A stretch of 48,816 nucleotides of DNA from Candidatus Woesearchaeota archaeon (GCA_016203135.1 JACQNI010000025.1:1-48816); one strand, 5' to 3'. Counted from the stretch's first letter, positions 36,619 to 45,669 are shown. Program-made: numbers and translations. Notes: generated by a model from the letters alone, not told the origin.

Positions 36619-38056
36619 TATAACTCTCTCTAAAACAAGTCTTGTCTTCTAAATTGCTAAAGCCTTCCCTATTATAAATCTTTTTTGTTCTGTCGCTTAT
36701 ATAAACATAATCAGAATTATATTTGCTCATTATATTTACAGATTTTGCTATAGATGTAGTTGTAAAAAATTCTTCTACATCATTATATTTTTCATTTATG
36801 TTCTTTACCAGTAAAAAGTTTTCATCCATTACATTTTTTCTATTTGATACTGTAGTTACAAAGTTGCCCTCATCAACAGAGGAAAATATTACAGCATCTT
36901 GTTCAGTATTTTCTTTTATCCATTTCAATGCATTAAATTCATCATCATTAAATCCATTCTTTATTACATTCTTTGCATTGACATAAGCCGGCAAGACTAA
37001 AGTCAATACAACTATCAAGAACAAAAACATCATGATGTAGTTTTTTATATTTGCCATTTTGGTTATCTCTATGTACTTGAAAAACTTCTCAAATCCAACA
37101 GAGGACAATATTGTTACTGTTATTGCCAAAAACAAAACCCCAATTTCAAAGTTTATAAGTTTAAATGATAAAATAAGCAATATGCTCAAAAGCATGCTTG
37201 AAAACAATACCATTACATTGTTTCTTTGCCTGAATATTCCAAAGTAAACCCCTATCAATGCAAACAATAAAGGCATTATGCCCAAGCCAAGCAATATTTT
37301 TCCAAGATTTATATTTATGAAATACCTATCCAAGATTTTATCAGGTATGTTTTGCCATACAGTATTAAATCCCTGTGTTAAAAACGCATTTCTATATATT
37401 AAAAATTCAATGAACAATGTTACAAAAACAAAAAAGAATATTGCTTCCTTGTTTAGATTTATTATTTTTACATCTTCGCTCTTAGAAATCAAAAGATATA
37501 ATATAAAAGATAATGATAAAATAAAAGCTATAGGATGTACTAAAGGCAGTAAAACAGATAAAATAACAAATAAGTTAAGGTATCTCTTGTTTTCTAGTCT
37601 TATAAACGCAAGCAATGTCAAAAAAGTCAAGGGCAAGGCTAAAGAATAAACACTTATGTTGTTCAATGTGTTTGTTATTAATATAGGAATAAATCCTGCA
37701 ATAAAAGAAGAAAATAATATTGCCTTGTCATCATTTGTTATTGACTTTATTATTAAGTAAACTATTATTACTAATGATGATATTAAAATTTCTGGTACAA
37801 CCTTCAAGGCAATATCTCCAAAAATAAAGACAAACACAGACATGAAATAGTAAAATATTGGTGAAAACAATTGTTCCTTGCCAGAATAGCTCAAATCATC
37901 TTCAAATATTGGCTTGTTATTTTCTAATATATTATCTATCTGCCTCATGTTGTAATATGCATTGTCATCTGCGAAATGAGGCGTTGTAAAGACAAAATAT
38001 AATCTAAAAATTAAAGTCAACAAAAATATTAATATGACTATTTTATTTTTGTTCAT
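36581..38056 (-). CDS. STT3/AglB-like GT-C membrane protein lacking the WWDYG motif
   Basis: About 491 aa from ATG 38056 (the track uses TTG 38089). First loop ADDNAYYNMR. The C-terminal block AVIFSSVDEGNFVTTVSNRKNVMDENF aligns with the AglB WWDYG region. Confidence 0.6.
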   Translation of the reverse strand: MNKNKIVILIFLLTLIFRLYFVFTTPHFADDNAYYNMRQIDNILENNKPIFEDDLSYSGKEQLFSPIFYYFMSVFVFIFGDIALKVVPEILISSLVIIVYLIIKSITNDDKAILFSSFIAGFIPILITNTLNNISVYSLALPLTFLTLLAFIRLENKRYLNLFVILSVLLPLVHPIAFILSLSFILYLLISKSEDVKIINLNKEAIFFFVFVTLFIEFLIYRNAFLTQGFNTVWQNIPDKILDRYFININLGKILLGLGIMPLLFALIGVYFGIFRQRNNVMVLFSSMLLSILLILSFKLINFEIGVLFLAITVTILSSVGFEKFFKYIEITKMANIKNYIMMFLFLIVVLTLVLPAYVNAKNVIKNGFNDDEFNALKWIKENTEQDAVIFSSVDEGNFVTTVSNRKNVMDENFLLVKNINEKYNDVEEFFTTTSIAKSVNIMSKYNSDYVYISDRTKKIYNREGFSNLEDKTCFRESYNGNGEKIYKRRC

Positions 38057-38564
38057 CCTTATTACCGCTTTTTTGTTCGAGTTCTGCAAATTTTAATTTA
38101 ATCTCATTCTCAACCAAATCAAAATAATCAAAAAACTTTGATGTTAACTTCAAAGTCCTTGTTCTTCCCTGTCTTTCAGAGGTTATAAATTCTTGCTCCT
38201 TTAAGGCCTTTATATGATCATAAGCCCCATTTCCCCTCATCTTTATTATTTCAGATTGTAATACTGGATTTTTGTATGCAATCAAAGCAAGTGTTTTTGT
38301 TGTAGAAGCATCTAATTCAGAATTGTCTAATAAGCTTGTTGTCAAATAATTGAACTCTTTTTTTATGTTTAGCTTCCATTTGTTGTTTTCTTCAAATATC
38401 TGCAAAGCAGAACTACTTTTCTCATATTCTTTCATTAATTCATTTATTGCATCTTTAACCAATCCAGTAGATCCTATGTTGCATAGTTTTGATATTTCTT
38501 CTACATCCATGAATCTTCCTGTAACAAATAGGATAGCTTCTATCTTTCTCTTTGTATCTTCCAT
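38043..38564 (-). CDS. scpB: segregation and condensation protein B (ScpB)
   Basis: 173 aa. IEAILFVTGRFMDVEEISKLC... and tandem winged-helix layout. Confidence 0.7.
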   Translation of the reverse strand: MEDTKRKIEAILFVTGRFMDVEEISKLCNIGSTGLVKDAINELMKEYEKSSSALQIFEENNKWKLNIKKEFNYLTTSLLDNSELDASTTKTLALIAYKNPVLQSEIIKMRGNGAYDHIKALKEQEFITSERQGRTRTLKLTSKFFDYFDLVENEIKLKFAELEQKSGNKDEQK

Positions 38565-38598
38565 AAAACTAAAATATATATAAAGTTTTTAAAGATTG

Positions 38599-40077
38599 CT
38601 AAATAGGATATCTCAACAAAGCAGCCTTGCCCCCAATAGTCTTTAGCTGTTCTCCCTCCCTTGTATTTACGGAAATTATAACGATTTTAGTTCCATAATT
38701 AAGCGCTTTTTCTTCATATTTCTCAATCTCTTTTTCATCCAGGTTTTCAGATAGCAGTAATTTATCAACAGCCCCCATTTCCAAAGCATGATCAACCTTG
38801 TCTCCATAACTAACCATATTTTCATTTTTCCCAAGCAATGTAAAAAATTCATTCAATATTGATTTTTCTTCTGTTATTTCTAAATTAACTAAAGCTTCCT
38901 GGCTTTTGTCAACTAATTCTTGTAATCCAAAATCCCCAGTATATCCCAAATCTTCAATAGCAACAACTTTCCTTTTCAGCTGTTCATTTAAATGACCGCC
39001 TTCTAAAAACTCTTCCTTAGTTGGTCCAGGTCCTCCAACTAAAATTCCCTTTAAATCCTTCATCTCCAAGAAAGCCTTGTTTGCTGCTTCCCCAATTCTC
39101 CTATAAAATTCTTTAGCAGCCCCTTCTCTTAACCTTTCAAATCTGGCTGCTGAGTTATGTACAATTAGACCGTTGGCTATGAAGTTTTTATTTTCTACTT
39201 CTATATCTATCATATTTACATTTTTTTTATTTATTTTTAACGAATCTATTTTAAATATTTTTAAGTCATCATGTAATAAACCATCATTAGTTTTTAATTC
39301 GTTTGCATATTTTGTTTTAGGATTTCCAATAAATACTAAATGATCTTCAGAACATTTTAAAATTTTATTCCCATTTTTAATTACAATTGTCTTATCTTTT
39401 TTAACATCCCATTTTTTCAGAACTCTAGATGGTTGAAATTTTTTTGTTTTAAAATTATAAGACTTAACTAAATCTCCTTCCTTGACATCTTTTAATAAAA
39501 TCTTACTATTATTATATAATGTAATTAAAGTATCTGGCATAACACATTGCCCCCCAGCCTTCGTCTTTCCAGGAACACCAGAGGTCATATGAACAATGCT
39601 TTCAATTCTTGTTCCTTTTAATGTTCCAACATCTCCTTCTCTTCTATCTAAAACAATCAATCCAAAAATCTCTTTTGTCTCTAGCATCTCTATTAAAGGA
39701 TCAAGTAAAAAAGTCTGATCACACCTATACAATCTAAAATTCAAAGGCTCAGGAGGCTCAAGACTCCAGACTTTTATGTCTATTTTGCTTTCATTCTCAG
39801 AAGCATTTCCTGCAAACAAAGCAAGGCCATTTTCAGGAGTTTTTTTGTACAATCTTAAATGCCTTATGCATCTTTCTAAACTGTCTATAACGTTCTTCCT
39901 AGTCCTAGCGTCCTTGATATTTTGTGCTGTTGATTGTTCCTCTGCCAAATGCTGGTTTATTTTGTTTAAATCATAGTCTTTAGGAACAAAAACAGAAACT
40001 AATTCAGTATGCCTTCCTCTTATCTTTTTTAATTCATTGATAAATTTCTTGAGTTTTACTCTATCTTGTAATTTCAT
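38599..40077 (-). CDS. prf1: peptide chain release factor aRF1, interrupted by a mini-intein
   Basis: 492 aa. The aRF1 N-domain and the ...GVPGKTKAGGQ | intein | SAARFERLREGAAKEFY... junction reconstitute the GGQSA.RF motif. The extein is 361 aa. Confidence 0.85.
   Translation of the reverse strand: MKLQDRVKLKKFINELKKIRGRHTELVSVFVPKDYDLNKINQHLAEEQSTAQNIKDARTRKNVIDSLERCIRHLRLYKKTPENGLALFAGNASENESKIDIKVWSLEPPEPLNFRLYRCDQTFLLDPLIEMLETKEIFGLIVLDRREGDVGTLKGTRIESIVHMTSGVPGKTKAGGQCVMPDTLITLYNNSKILLKDVKEGDLVKSYNFKTKKFQPSRVLKKWDVKKDKTIVIKNGNKILKCSEDHLVFIGNPKTKYANELKTNDGLLHDDLKIFKIDSLKINKKNVNMIDIEVENKNFIANGLIVHNSAARFERLREGAAKEFYRRIGEAANKAFLEMKDLKGILVGGPGPTKEEFLEGGHLNEQLKRKVVAIEDLGYTGDFGLQELVDKSQEALVNLEITEEKSILNEFFTLLGKNENMVSYGDKVDHALEMGAVDKLLLSENLDEKEIEKYEEKALNYGTKIVIISVNTREGEQLKTIGGKAALLRYPI
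39154..39546 (-). mobile_element. mini-intein (131 aa, no homing endonuclease domain) within aRF1
   Basis: Begins with Cys (CVMPDTLI, block A). Block B-like SEDH. Ends ...FIANGLIVHN, followed by the +1 Ser of the extein. Codons checked on the sequence: TGT at 39546..39544 and AAC at 39156..39154. Confidence 0.8.
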
Positions 40078-40078
40078 T

Positions 40079-42451
40079 TTAAAATTCTACCTTAAATTTT
40101 CCAAATTTAATTTCTTTTGCATTTGTAACAGCCTTTAAGTCATTCAATAAATCCTTAAAATCCTTCTGGTCTTTTTTATCTAATGTCAAAATCATTTCAG
40201 CCTTTAAAGACTTGTTATTTTCAGACTTGAATTTCCTGACATCAGATATTACTTCAATTGCCTTGTCTCCAATCTTCTCAATTTTATTATCCATCATTTT
40301 CTTATCAGATTTAGGCCAGTCAGAAATATGTATTGACTTGGTCTTTTCTTTCCCCGAATAATAACTCATATATATCTCATCAGTTATAAATGGCATTATT
40401 GGTGCATATAGCTTCAATATGCTTAACAAAGAATGATATAAAGTATATTGAGCAGATTTCCTGGATTCTTTTCCCCTCTTATCAGGATTATATAACCTAT
40501 CCTTAATTATCTCTAAGTAATTATCACTAAAAGTGCTCCAGAAAAAACCAGATATTAATATTTTTAACTTATGATATTCATATTTCTCAAGATCTTTTGT
40601 AGATTCATCTATTATTCTATTTAATTTGGATAAAACCCACTTGTCAAAAAACTCTAGCTTGACTTTTTCCTTTTTATAATCATTTAAATGAGAAAAAGAA
40701 AACTTTGAAGCATTCCATAGTTTTATTATTGTCTTTACTCCAGTTTCAACATCCTTTTCCTGATAAGCCAAGTCATCCCCTAGCTTTGATCCTGTTGCCC
40801 AATATCTCATTGCATCTGCAGGATACTTTTCAAGCAATTCAATTGGATTTATTATGTTCCCTTTTGACTTAGACATTTTCCTTCCATGTTGATCTAAGCC
40901 ATGTCCTGAAATAACAACATCCTTCCAAGGGAGTCTCTTATTGTGCAAATAAGATTTAACAACACTGTTGAAAAGCCAGAAAGTGATTATGTCATGAGCC
41001 TGAGGTCTCAAGTTCATAGGAAATATTTTCTTAAATGTTTTTTGATCTTCTTTCCATTTAGAATTTATATATGGAGTCAAAGCAGAAGTTGCCCAAGTGT
41101 CCATTACATCCTTTTCAGGTATAAATTCCTTGCTTCCGCATTTGCATTTTTTACCTGGTTTATCAATTAAAGGATCAACTGGCAATTGCTTGTCTTCAGC
41201 TAAAATAACTTCATGGCATTTCTTGCAATACCAAACAGGAAATGGAACCCCAAAATATCTTTGCCTTGAAATTAGCCAATCCCATTGCAATCCATAAACC
41301 CAGTTGTCATATCTTACTTTCATGTGCTTCGGATGCCAATTTAATTTCCTTCCAAGAACCAAAAATTCTTTTTTCAAATCCAAGTATTTTATGAACCATT
41401 GTTTTGTAACTAAAAATTCTATTTCTATCCCACATCTTTCATGCACATTAACGCTATGTTTGATGCTTTTCTGTGAAGTTAATAATTTATTTTTTTTTAG
41501 GTCTTCAATTATTTGTTTTCTTGCTTCTTTGATTGCCAAGCCTTCATATTTTCTAGCTATTTTTTCCATAAATCCGTCATTCCTTATAGAAATTCTCAAA
41601 GGTAAATTATAAGCATACCACCAGTCTATATCAGCTAAATCCCCAAAAGTGCAGCACATTACAATTCCAGTCCCTTTCTCTGGATCTACTTTTTTATCAG
41701 CTAAAATTGGAACCTTATAATTGAACAAAGGCACTTTTGCTTCCTTGCCGATTAAATATTGATATCTTTCATCATCAGGATGTACAAAAACAGCAACACA
41801 GCTAGATAATAATTCTGGTCTTGTTGTTGCTATGGTTATATGCTTGCCCTCTACTTCAAATAAAATATCATTAAAAGTCGAGCTCAATTCTTTATCTTCT
41901 AGTTCAACTTGAGCAATAGCCGTTTGACATTCAGGACACCAAATTGTCGGAGCTTCTTTTCTATATTCTCTTTTCTTTTTATACAATTCAATAAAAGATC
42001 TCTGGCTTAATTTTTGAACTCTTGGATCTATTGTTGAATATAATAAGTTCCAGTCAACGCTTAATCCAAGATTTCCCCAAAACTCTTTAAATCTGTTTTC
42101 ATATTCCTTAGATACCTGCAGGCATAATTTGTTAAATTCTTCCCTGGGCATTTTTTTTGCTTGAACATTTTTTTCCTTTTCAACTAATCTTTCAGTAGGC
42201 AGTCCATTGTTGTCAAATCCAAATGGATAAAAAACATTAAAATTATTCATTCTCTTGTATCTTGCAATTATATCTGCATGTGTATAAGAAAAAGCGTGGC
42301 CCATATGTATGCTTCCAGAAATTGTTGGCGGCGGCGTATCTATAGAATAAATTTTTTTCTTATTTTTTACATCAAATGCATATATCTTATTTTTATTCCA
42401 AAGCTTCTGCAGTTCATTTTCAGACTTCTTCCAATCATAGATCTTTTCCAT
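40079..42451 (-). CDS. valS: valine--tRNA ligase (class Ia aaRS)
   Basis: 790 aa. DTPPPTISGSIHMGHAFSY (HIGH), GFDNNGLPTE, WLISRQRYFG and KMSKSKGN. The archaeal ValRS-type N-terminus distinguishes it from IleRS/LeuRS, which I did not fully exclude. Confidence 0.75.
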   Translation of the reverse strand: MEKIYDWKKSENELQKLWNKNKIYAFDVKNKKKIYSIDTPPPTISGSIHMGHAFSYTHADIIARYKRMNNFNVFYPFGFDNNGLPTERLVEKEKNVQAKKMPREEFNKLCLQVSKEYENRFKEFWGNLGLSVDWNLLYSTIDPRVQKLSQRSFIELYKKKREYRKEAPTIWCPECQTAIAQVELEDKELSSTFNDILFEVEGKHITIATTRPELLSSCVAVFVHPDDERYQYLIGKEAKVPLFNYKVPILADKKVDPEKGTGIVMCCTFGDLADIDWWYAYNLPLRISIRNDGFMEKIARKYEGLAIKEARKQIIEDLKKNKLLTSQKSIKHSVNVHERCGIEIEFLVTKQWFIKYLDLKKEFLVLGRKLNWHPKHMKVRYDNWVYGLQWDWLISRQRYFGVPFPVWYCKKCHEVILAEDKQLPVDPLIDKPGKKCKCGSKEFIPEKDVMDTWATSALTPYINSKWKEDQKTFKKIFPMNLRPQAHDIITFWLFNSVVKSYLHNKRLPWKDVVISGHGLDQHGRKMSKSKGNIINPIELLEKYPADAMRYWATGSKLGDDLAYQEKDVETGVKTIIKLWNASKFSFSHLNDYKKEKVKLEFFDKWVLSKLNRIIDESTKDLEKYEYHKLKILISGFFWSTFSDNYLEIIKDRLYNPDKRGKESRKSAQYTLYHSLLSILKLYAPIMPFITDEIYMSYYSGKEKTKSIHISDWPKSDKKMMDNKIEKIGDKAIEVISDVRKFKSENNKSLKAEMILTLDKKDQKDFKDLLNDLKAVTNAKEIKFGKFKVEF

Positions 42452-42490
42452 ATATCTTTTATTTAGAAATTCTATTTAAATTTGATGGTT

Positions 42491-42763
42491 TTACAGGTTT
42501 AGGGTTTTTATTTCTTCTACAATCACTTTTAATTGTTTATGAAAATGAATAAGGGAAACAACAAGAATTGCAAACACTATTATAGTTGCTATTATAGTAG
42601 TAGCTATTTGTGATGGATTTAAATAGTTTATTTGTTTTGTTATAAACCCGATTATAATTCCTATAATATATGTAAAAGAAATTATTATAGAAGTATTAAA
42701 ATATTGCAGGTATCTCTGATGTTTAATATCTAATAAATTCTTCTTTATATTGTCTGACAACAT
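42491..42763 (-). CDS. small membrane protein
   Basis: 90 aa from ATG 42763 (the track uses TTG 42808). Two TM helices. Confidence 0.4.
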   Translation of the reverse strand: MLSDNIKKNLLDIKHQRYLQYFNTSIIISFTYIIGIIIGFITKQINYLNPSQIATTIIATIIVFAILVVSLIHFHKQLKVIVEEIKTLNL

Positions 42764-42764
42764 T

Positions 42765-42935
42765 TTAATCCCCAAAAGCAATTGCAAATAGTATAAGGCC
42801 AATAACAACTAAAACAGTCCCAATGCCGCCAACAAGATAATGCTCATTTAGAAAAAAAGGTATGGAAATAAATGCTCCAATAACAGTAAATATAACCCCG
42901 GTAACCCCAGTTAAATATTTTGATTTCGAAACCAT
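42765..42935 (-). CDS. small membrane protein (56 aa, below track cutoff)
   Basis: Hand-translated as MVSKSKYLTGVTGVIFTVIGAFISIPFFLNEHYLVGGIGTVLVVIGLILFAIAFGD*. The stop lies 1 nt before the next ATG. Confidence 0.35.
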   Translation of the reverse strand: MVSKSKYLTGVTGVIFTVIGAFISIPFFLNEHYLVGGIGTVLVVIGLILFAIAFGD

Positions 42936-43059
42936 CAATATAAAAGATTAAGCTTGTTTTTATATTTTACTGAAAATTTATCGCAAGTTTTTCGGTTCTT
43001 ATCGAAAGTTAATAAAAATGCGAAATATATTTAAAGAAAGTAAAAATAAAGTTAACCAT

Positions 43060-43163
43060 GGGTCGATAGCTCAGAAAGCCTTTCATAAGGAATTGCTTGA
43101 GCAACCTGGGAGAGTACTACGCTGAAGCCGTAGGTGTCCGGGGTTCAAATCCCCGTCGACCCA
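43060..43163 (+). tRNA. tRNA-Phe (anticodon GAA) with a 30-nt intron in the D-loop
   Basis: Acceptor GGGTCGA/TCGACCC. Anticodon arm CTACG-CTGAAGC-CGTAG. T arm CGGGG-TTCAAAT-CCCCG. Discriminator A. Removing 43075..43104 gives a 74-nt cloverleaf with D arm GCTC-AGCCTGGGA-GAGT. An oligo-T run follows. Confidence 0.85.
43075..43104 (+). other. non-canonical tRNA intron (between positions 15 and 16) in a BHB-like motif
   Basis: Central helix GCTC(43069-72)/GAGC(43099-102). 3-nt bulges AG|A and AA|C. Inner helix AAGC(43076-79)/GCTT(43095-98). Confidence 0.7.
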
Positions 43164-43165
43164 TT

Positions 43166-43648
43166 TTACCTATAATTAAAAGAAATGGAATTATATTCAT
43201 CAGTATTGTAAATAGAAATGCCTTCTGAATGATATAAAATAAATTCTTCAATTCCAACATCCAAAGCCATTTTGCTGCAGATAGTACAATAGGGATTCCC
43301 TAATTTTAATAAATTTCCATCCCCATCAATTCTAGTAAAATATAAACTGGATCCAACAATTTTTAATTGGTTATTGCACAAAGCGTCAATTATGGCCCTT
43401 TCTTCAGCATGAACACAACAAGTCTTATCAGTTATTTTCTTATGATAAGAATCCTTAGAATAGTCACATCTCCTTTGGTTTTCTTTATTCCCTGGTGGGC
43501 TGTTAAAACCTTTTCCAATTATTTCTCCATATTTTACAATAATAGATCCACATCTGGAATCATGACAAGTTGAATTTAAAGCTACTTTGGCAGCCTCAGC
43601 CATATATTCAAGTGCTATTTTTTCATCCTCGCCAGATAGCCTCCTCAT
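43166..43648 (-). CDS. dCMP/cytidine deaminase family zinc enzyme
   Basis: 160 aa from ATG 43648 (the track uses TTG 43720). CVHAEERAI (HAE) and PCTICSKM (PCxxC). Confidence 0.8.
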   Translation of the reverse strand: MRRLSGEDEKIALEYMAEAAKVALNSTCHDSRCGSIIVKYGEIIGKGFNSPPGNKENQRRCDYSKDSYHKKITDKTCCVHAEERAIIDALCNNQLKIVGSSLYFTRIDGDGNLLKLGNPYCTICSKMALDVGIEEFILYHSEGISIYNTDEYNSISFNYR

Positions 43649-43741
43649 ATATAGAAGGAATATAAAATAGTTTAAAATTATTTCTATAAAAAGGCCAATT
43701 TTAGAAACATTTAAATACAAATTATTCTAAAATAACCTTAT

Positions 43742-44299
43742 ATGATAAATAAAAGAGGTGCTTTAGAACTTTCTATTAACACAATTGTAATAGTGGTAAT
43801 TGGTATAACTTTGCTTACTCTTGGTTTAGTTTTTGTTCGAGGCATTTTTGGAAAATTAAACGAATTAAGTGATAATACTTTTGGAACAGCTGAAGCTCAA
43901 ATTGGAAGACTAGGACAAGGAGATGCTAGGCTAGTAACTCCTTCTGTTGTAACAGTAAAACAAGGCCAAACAGTAAAACAAAATATTATTGTTGGTAACG
44001 ACGGAGACACAGGTCAATTTAGAGTTGAATTAAAAAGGATCATCAGCTCTGGGTCCCCTCCAGAAACCCAAGTTGCAGCTAAAATGGTGCTAACTAGTGC
44101 AACTACTACATATTCAGTTAACTTAAACTCGGGAGACAGCATAACAATCCCAATAGTTATAGCTGCAGTAAGCGATGCTCCCTTAACAACAGGTTTAAAC
44201 TCTGTCCAATATGCAGTTGAAGTTAAGAAAGATAACCAACCTTATGAAAACGGAGCTTTCATAATCAATGTAGAAAAAGGCTCTGGATTATTTGGATAA
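43742..44299 (+). CDS. type IV pilin-like protein (class III signal peptide)
   Basis: 185 aa. The N-terminus reads MINKRGALELSINTIVIVVIGITLLTLGLVF, followed by a Thr/Val/Ser-rich beta-type body. Confidence 0.6.
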   Translation: MINKRGALELSINTIVIVVIGITLLTLGLVFVRGIFGKLNELSDNTFGTAEAQIGRLGQGDARLVTPSVVTVKQGQTVKQNIIVGNDGDTGQFRVELKRIISSGSPPETQVAAKMVLTSATTTYSVNLNSGDSITIPIVIAAVSDAPLTTGLNSVQYAVEVKKDNQPYENGAFIINVEKGSGLFG

Positions 44300-44884
44300 C
44301 TGATTCGATATAGAATTATAAACCCTTAAAACTTTCTTGCAATCTTCACAAAATTCATATCCCCTTGAATCAATTATAGCTAAAACATATCCCCTCTCGC
44401 CATATTTATTATAATTGCCTTTCGCCATAGGGCATAATAATCCATTTTCTAATCCCATATAATTATAATGATGTTTCAATCCTAGATTATGTCCTAATTC
44501 ATGTAAGGCAATCTTTATTACCCTCTCGCTTAACATATCTGAATCTTGTGTAAATACTCTCTTAGTAGAAACCACAGCCACATTGTTTTTTAAATTTTTA
44601 GCACCAAACATACAACCATAAAAACTATCTCCATCAGAATCAAATAAATCCATTTCAATAACACCCAAAATATGCCCGCCTATTTCTTCATTTAGGGCAT
44701 CAGTTAATATACGTGCTTCTATCCCTTCAGTCTCAAAAAAAGATTTATCGTATTGGATTATCTTATAGCTCTTTACAACATTATTAGAAGCCTTGATCGC
44801 TTTCTCTCCAAGCCTTTCTAAGCCCCCAACAGATACAGGATTTCCAATCCTAACAAGTTTTAACTTTGCTAAATTATCATACAT
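44288..44884 (-). CDS. amzA: archaemetzincin-like zinc metallopeptidase (M54)
   Basis: About 198 aa from ATG 44884 (the track uses TTG 44944). HELGHNLGLKH followed by CPM and CEDC, which resembles the archaemetzincin HExxHxxG...C..CxM...CxxC layout. Confidence 0.65.
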   Translation of the reverse strand: MYDNLAKLKLVRIGNPVSVGGLERLGEKAIKASNNVVKSYKIIQYDKSFFETEGIEARILTDALNEEIGGHILGVIEMDLFDSDGDSFYGCMFGAKNLKNNVAVVSTKRVFTQDSDMLSERVIKIALHELGHNLGLKHHYNYMGLENGLLCPMAKGNYNKYGERGYVLAIIDSRGYEFCEDCKKVLRVYNSISNQLSK

Positions 44885-44978
44885 TTTTGAATAAAATTTC
44901 ACAAAAACAATATATAAATTTTTAGCAAAATAATTTAAAAGCAAAACTTTTTTAAACCTACTTCTTTAAAAGTTTCCT

Positions 44979-45398
44979 ATGTCAATTTATGATAAAGATC
45001 AGCAAGAAGTAGTAAACAAAACAGCTTCAAAGCTAAAAACATTGCTTAAAGCCCCGGAATGGAGTTATTTCGTAAAGACAGGAGCTGGAAAAGAAAGGCC
45101 CCCAGTAGATAATGATTGGTGGTACTATAGAGCTGCATCAGTTTTAAGAAAAGTATACTTAATGGGCCCTATCGGAGTTAGTAAATTAAGAACAAAGTAT
45201 GGTAGTAAAAAGAATCGAGGTCATAAACCAGAAAGATTCTACAAAGGTTCTGGAAAAGTGATAAGAACAGTTTTACAGCAACTCGAAGAGGCAAGCTTAA
45301 TAGAAAAATCAAAAAAGGGTCTTCGCAAAGGCAGGATTATAACAAACAAAGGAAAAAGCTTATTGGAAAAAGATGAACTTAAATCAAAAAAATCTTGA
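44979..45398 (+). CDS. rps19e: ribosomal protein eS19
   Basis: 139 aa. PEWSYFVKTGAGKERPP..DWWYYRAASVLRKVYL...GSGKVIRTVLQQLE. Confidence 0.9.
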   Translation: MSIYDKDQQEVVNKTASKLKTLLKAPEWSYFVKTGAGKERPPVDNDWWYYRAASVLRKVYLMGPIGVSKLRTKYGSKKNRGHKPERFYKGSGKVIRTVLQQLEEASLIEKSKKGLRKGRIITNKGKSLLEKDELKSKKS

Positions 45399-45669
45399 GA
45401 AAATGCAGGAAGAACAATTACAAGAAAAACAGCTTCAAGATCAAATAGACCAAATTGAAAACATAGCAAAGCAATATTTATCAAAAGAAGCTTTATCAAG
45501 ATATAATAATTTAAAGCTTGCTCATAAAGAAAAGGCAATGCAGATAACAATTATCATTGCCCAAGCAGCTCAATCAGGTCAGATTAAAAGAAAATTGACA
45601 GATGAAGAGTTAAAAAATTTACTACGAGAATTAGATCAAAACAAAAAGGAATTTAAAATAAAAAAATGA
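45373..45669 (+). CDS. PDCD5/MTH1615-family DNA-binding protein
   Basis: LSKEALSRYNNLKLAHKEKAMQITIIIAQAAQSGQIKRKLTDEELKNLL, in the conserved position between rps19e and rpl39e. ATG 45403 (88 aa) is an alternative start that avoids the 26-nt overlap. Confidence 0.7.
   Translation: MNLNQKNLEKMQEEQLQEKQLQDQIDQIENIAKQYLSKEALSRYNNLKLAHKEKAMQITIIIAQAAQSGQIKRKLTDEELKNLLRELDQNKKEFKIKK

Noticed and set aside
40943-42466. Plus-strand ORFs inside valS (40943..41170, 41097..41297, 41304..41612, 42278..42466)
   Set aside because: Shadows of the 790-aa aaRS gene with HIGH and KMSKS motifs.
45239-45550. 103-aa minus-strand ORF across rps19e and the PDCD5-like gene
   Set aside because: Antisense to two conserved genes in a conserved archaeal gene order.
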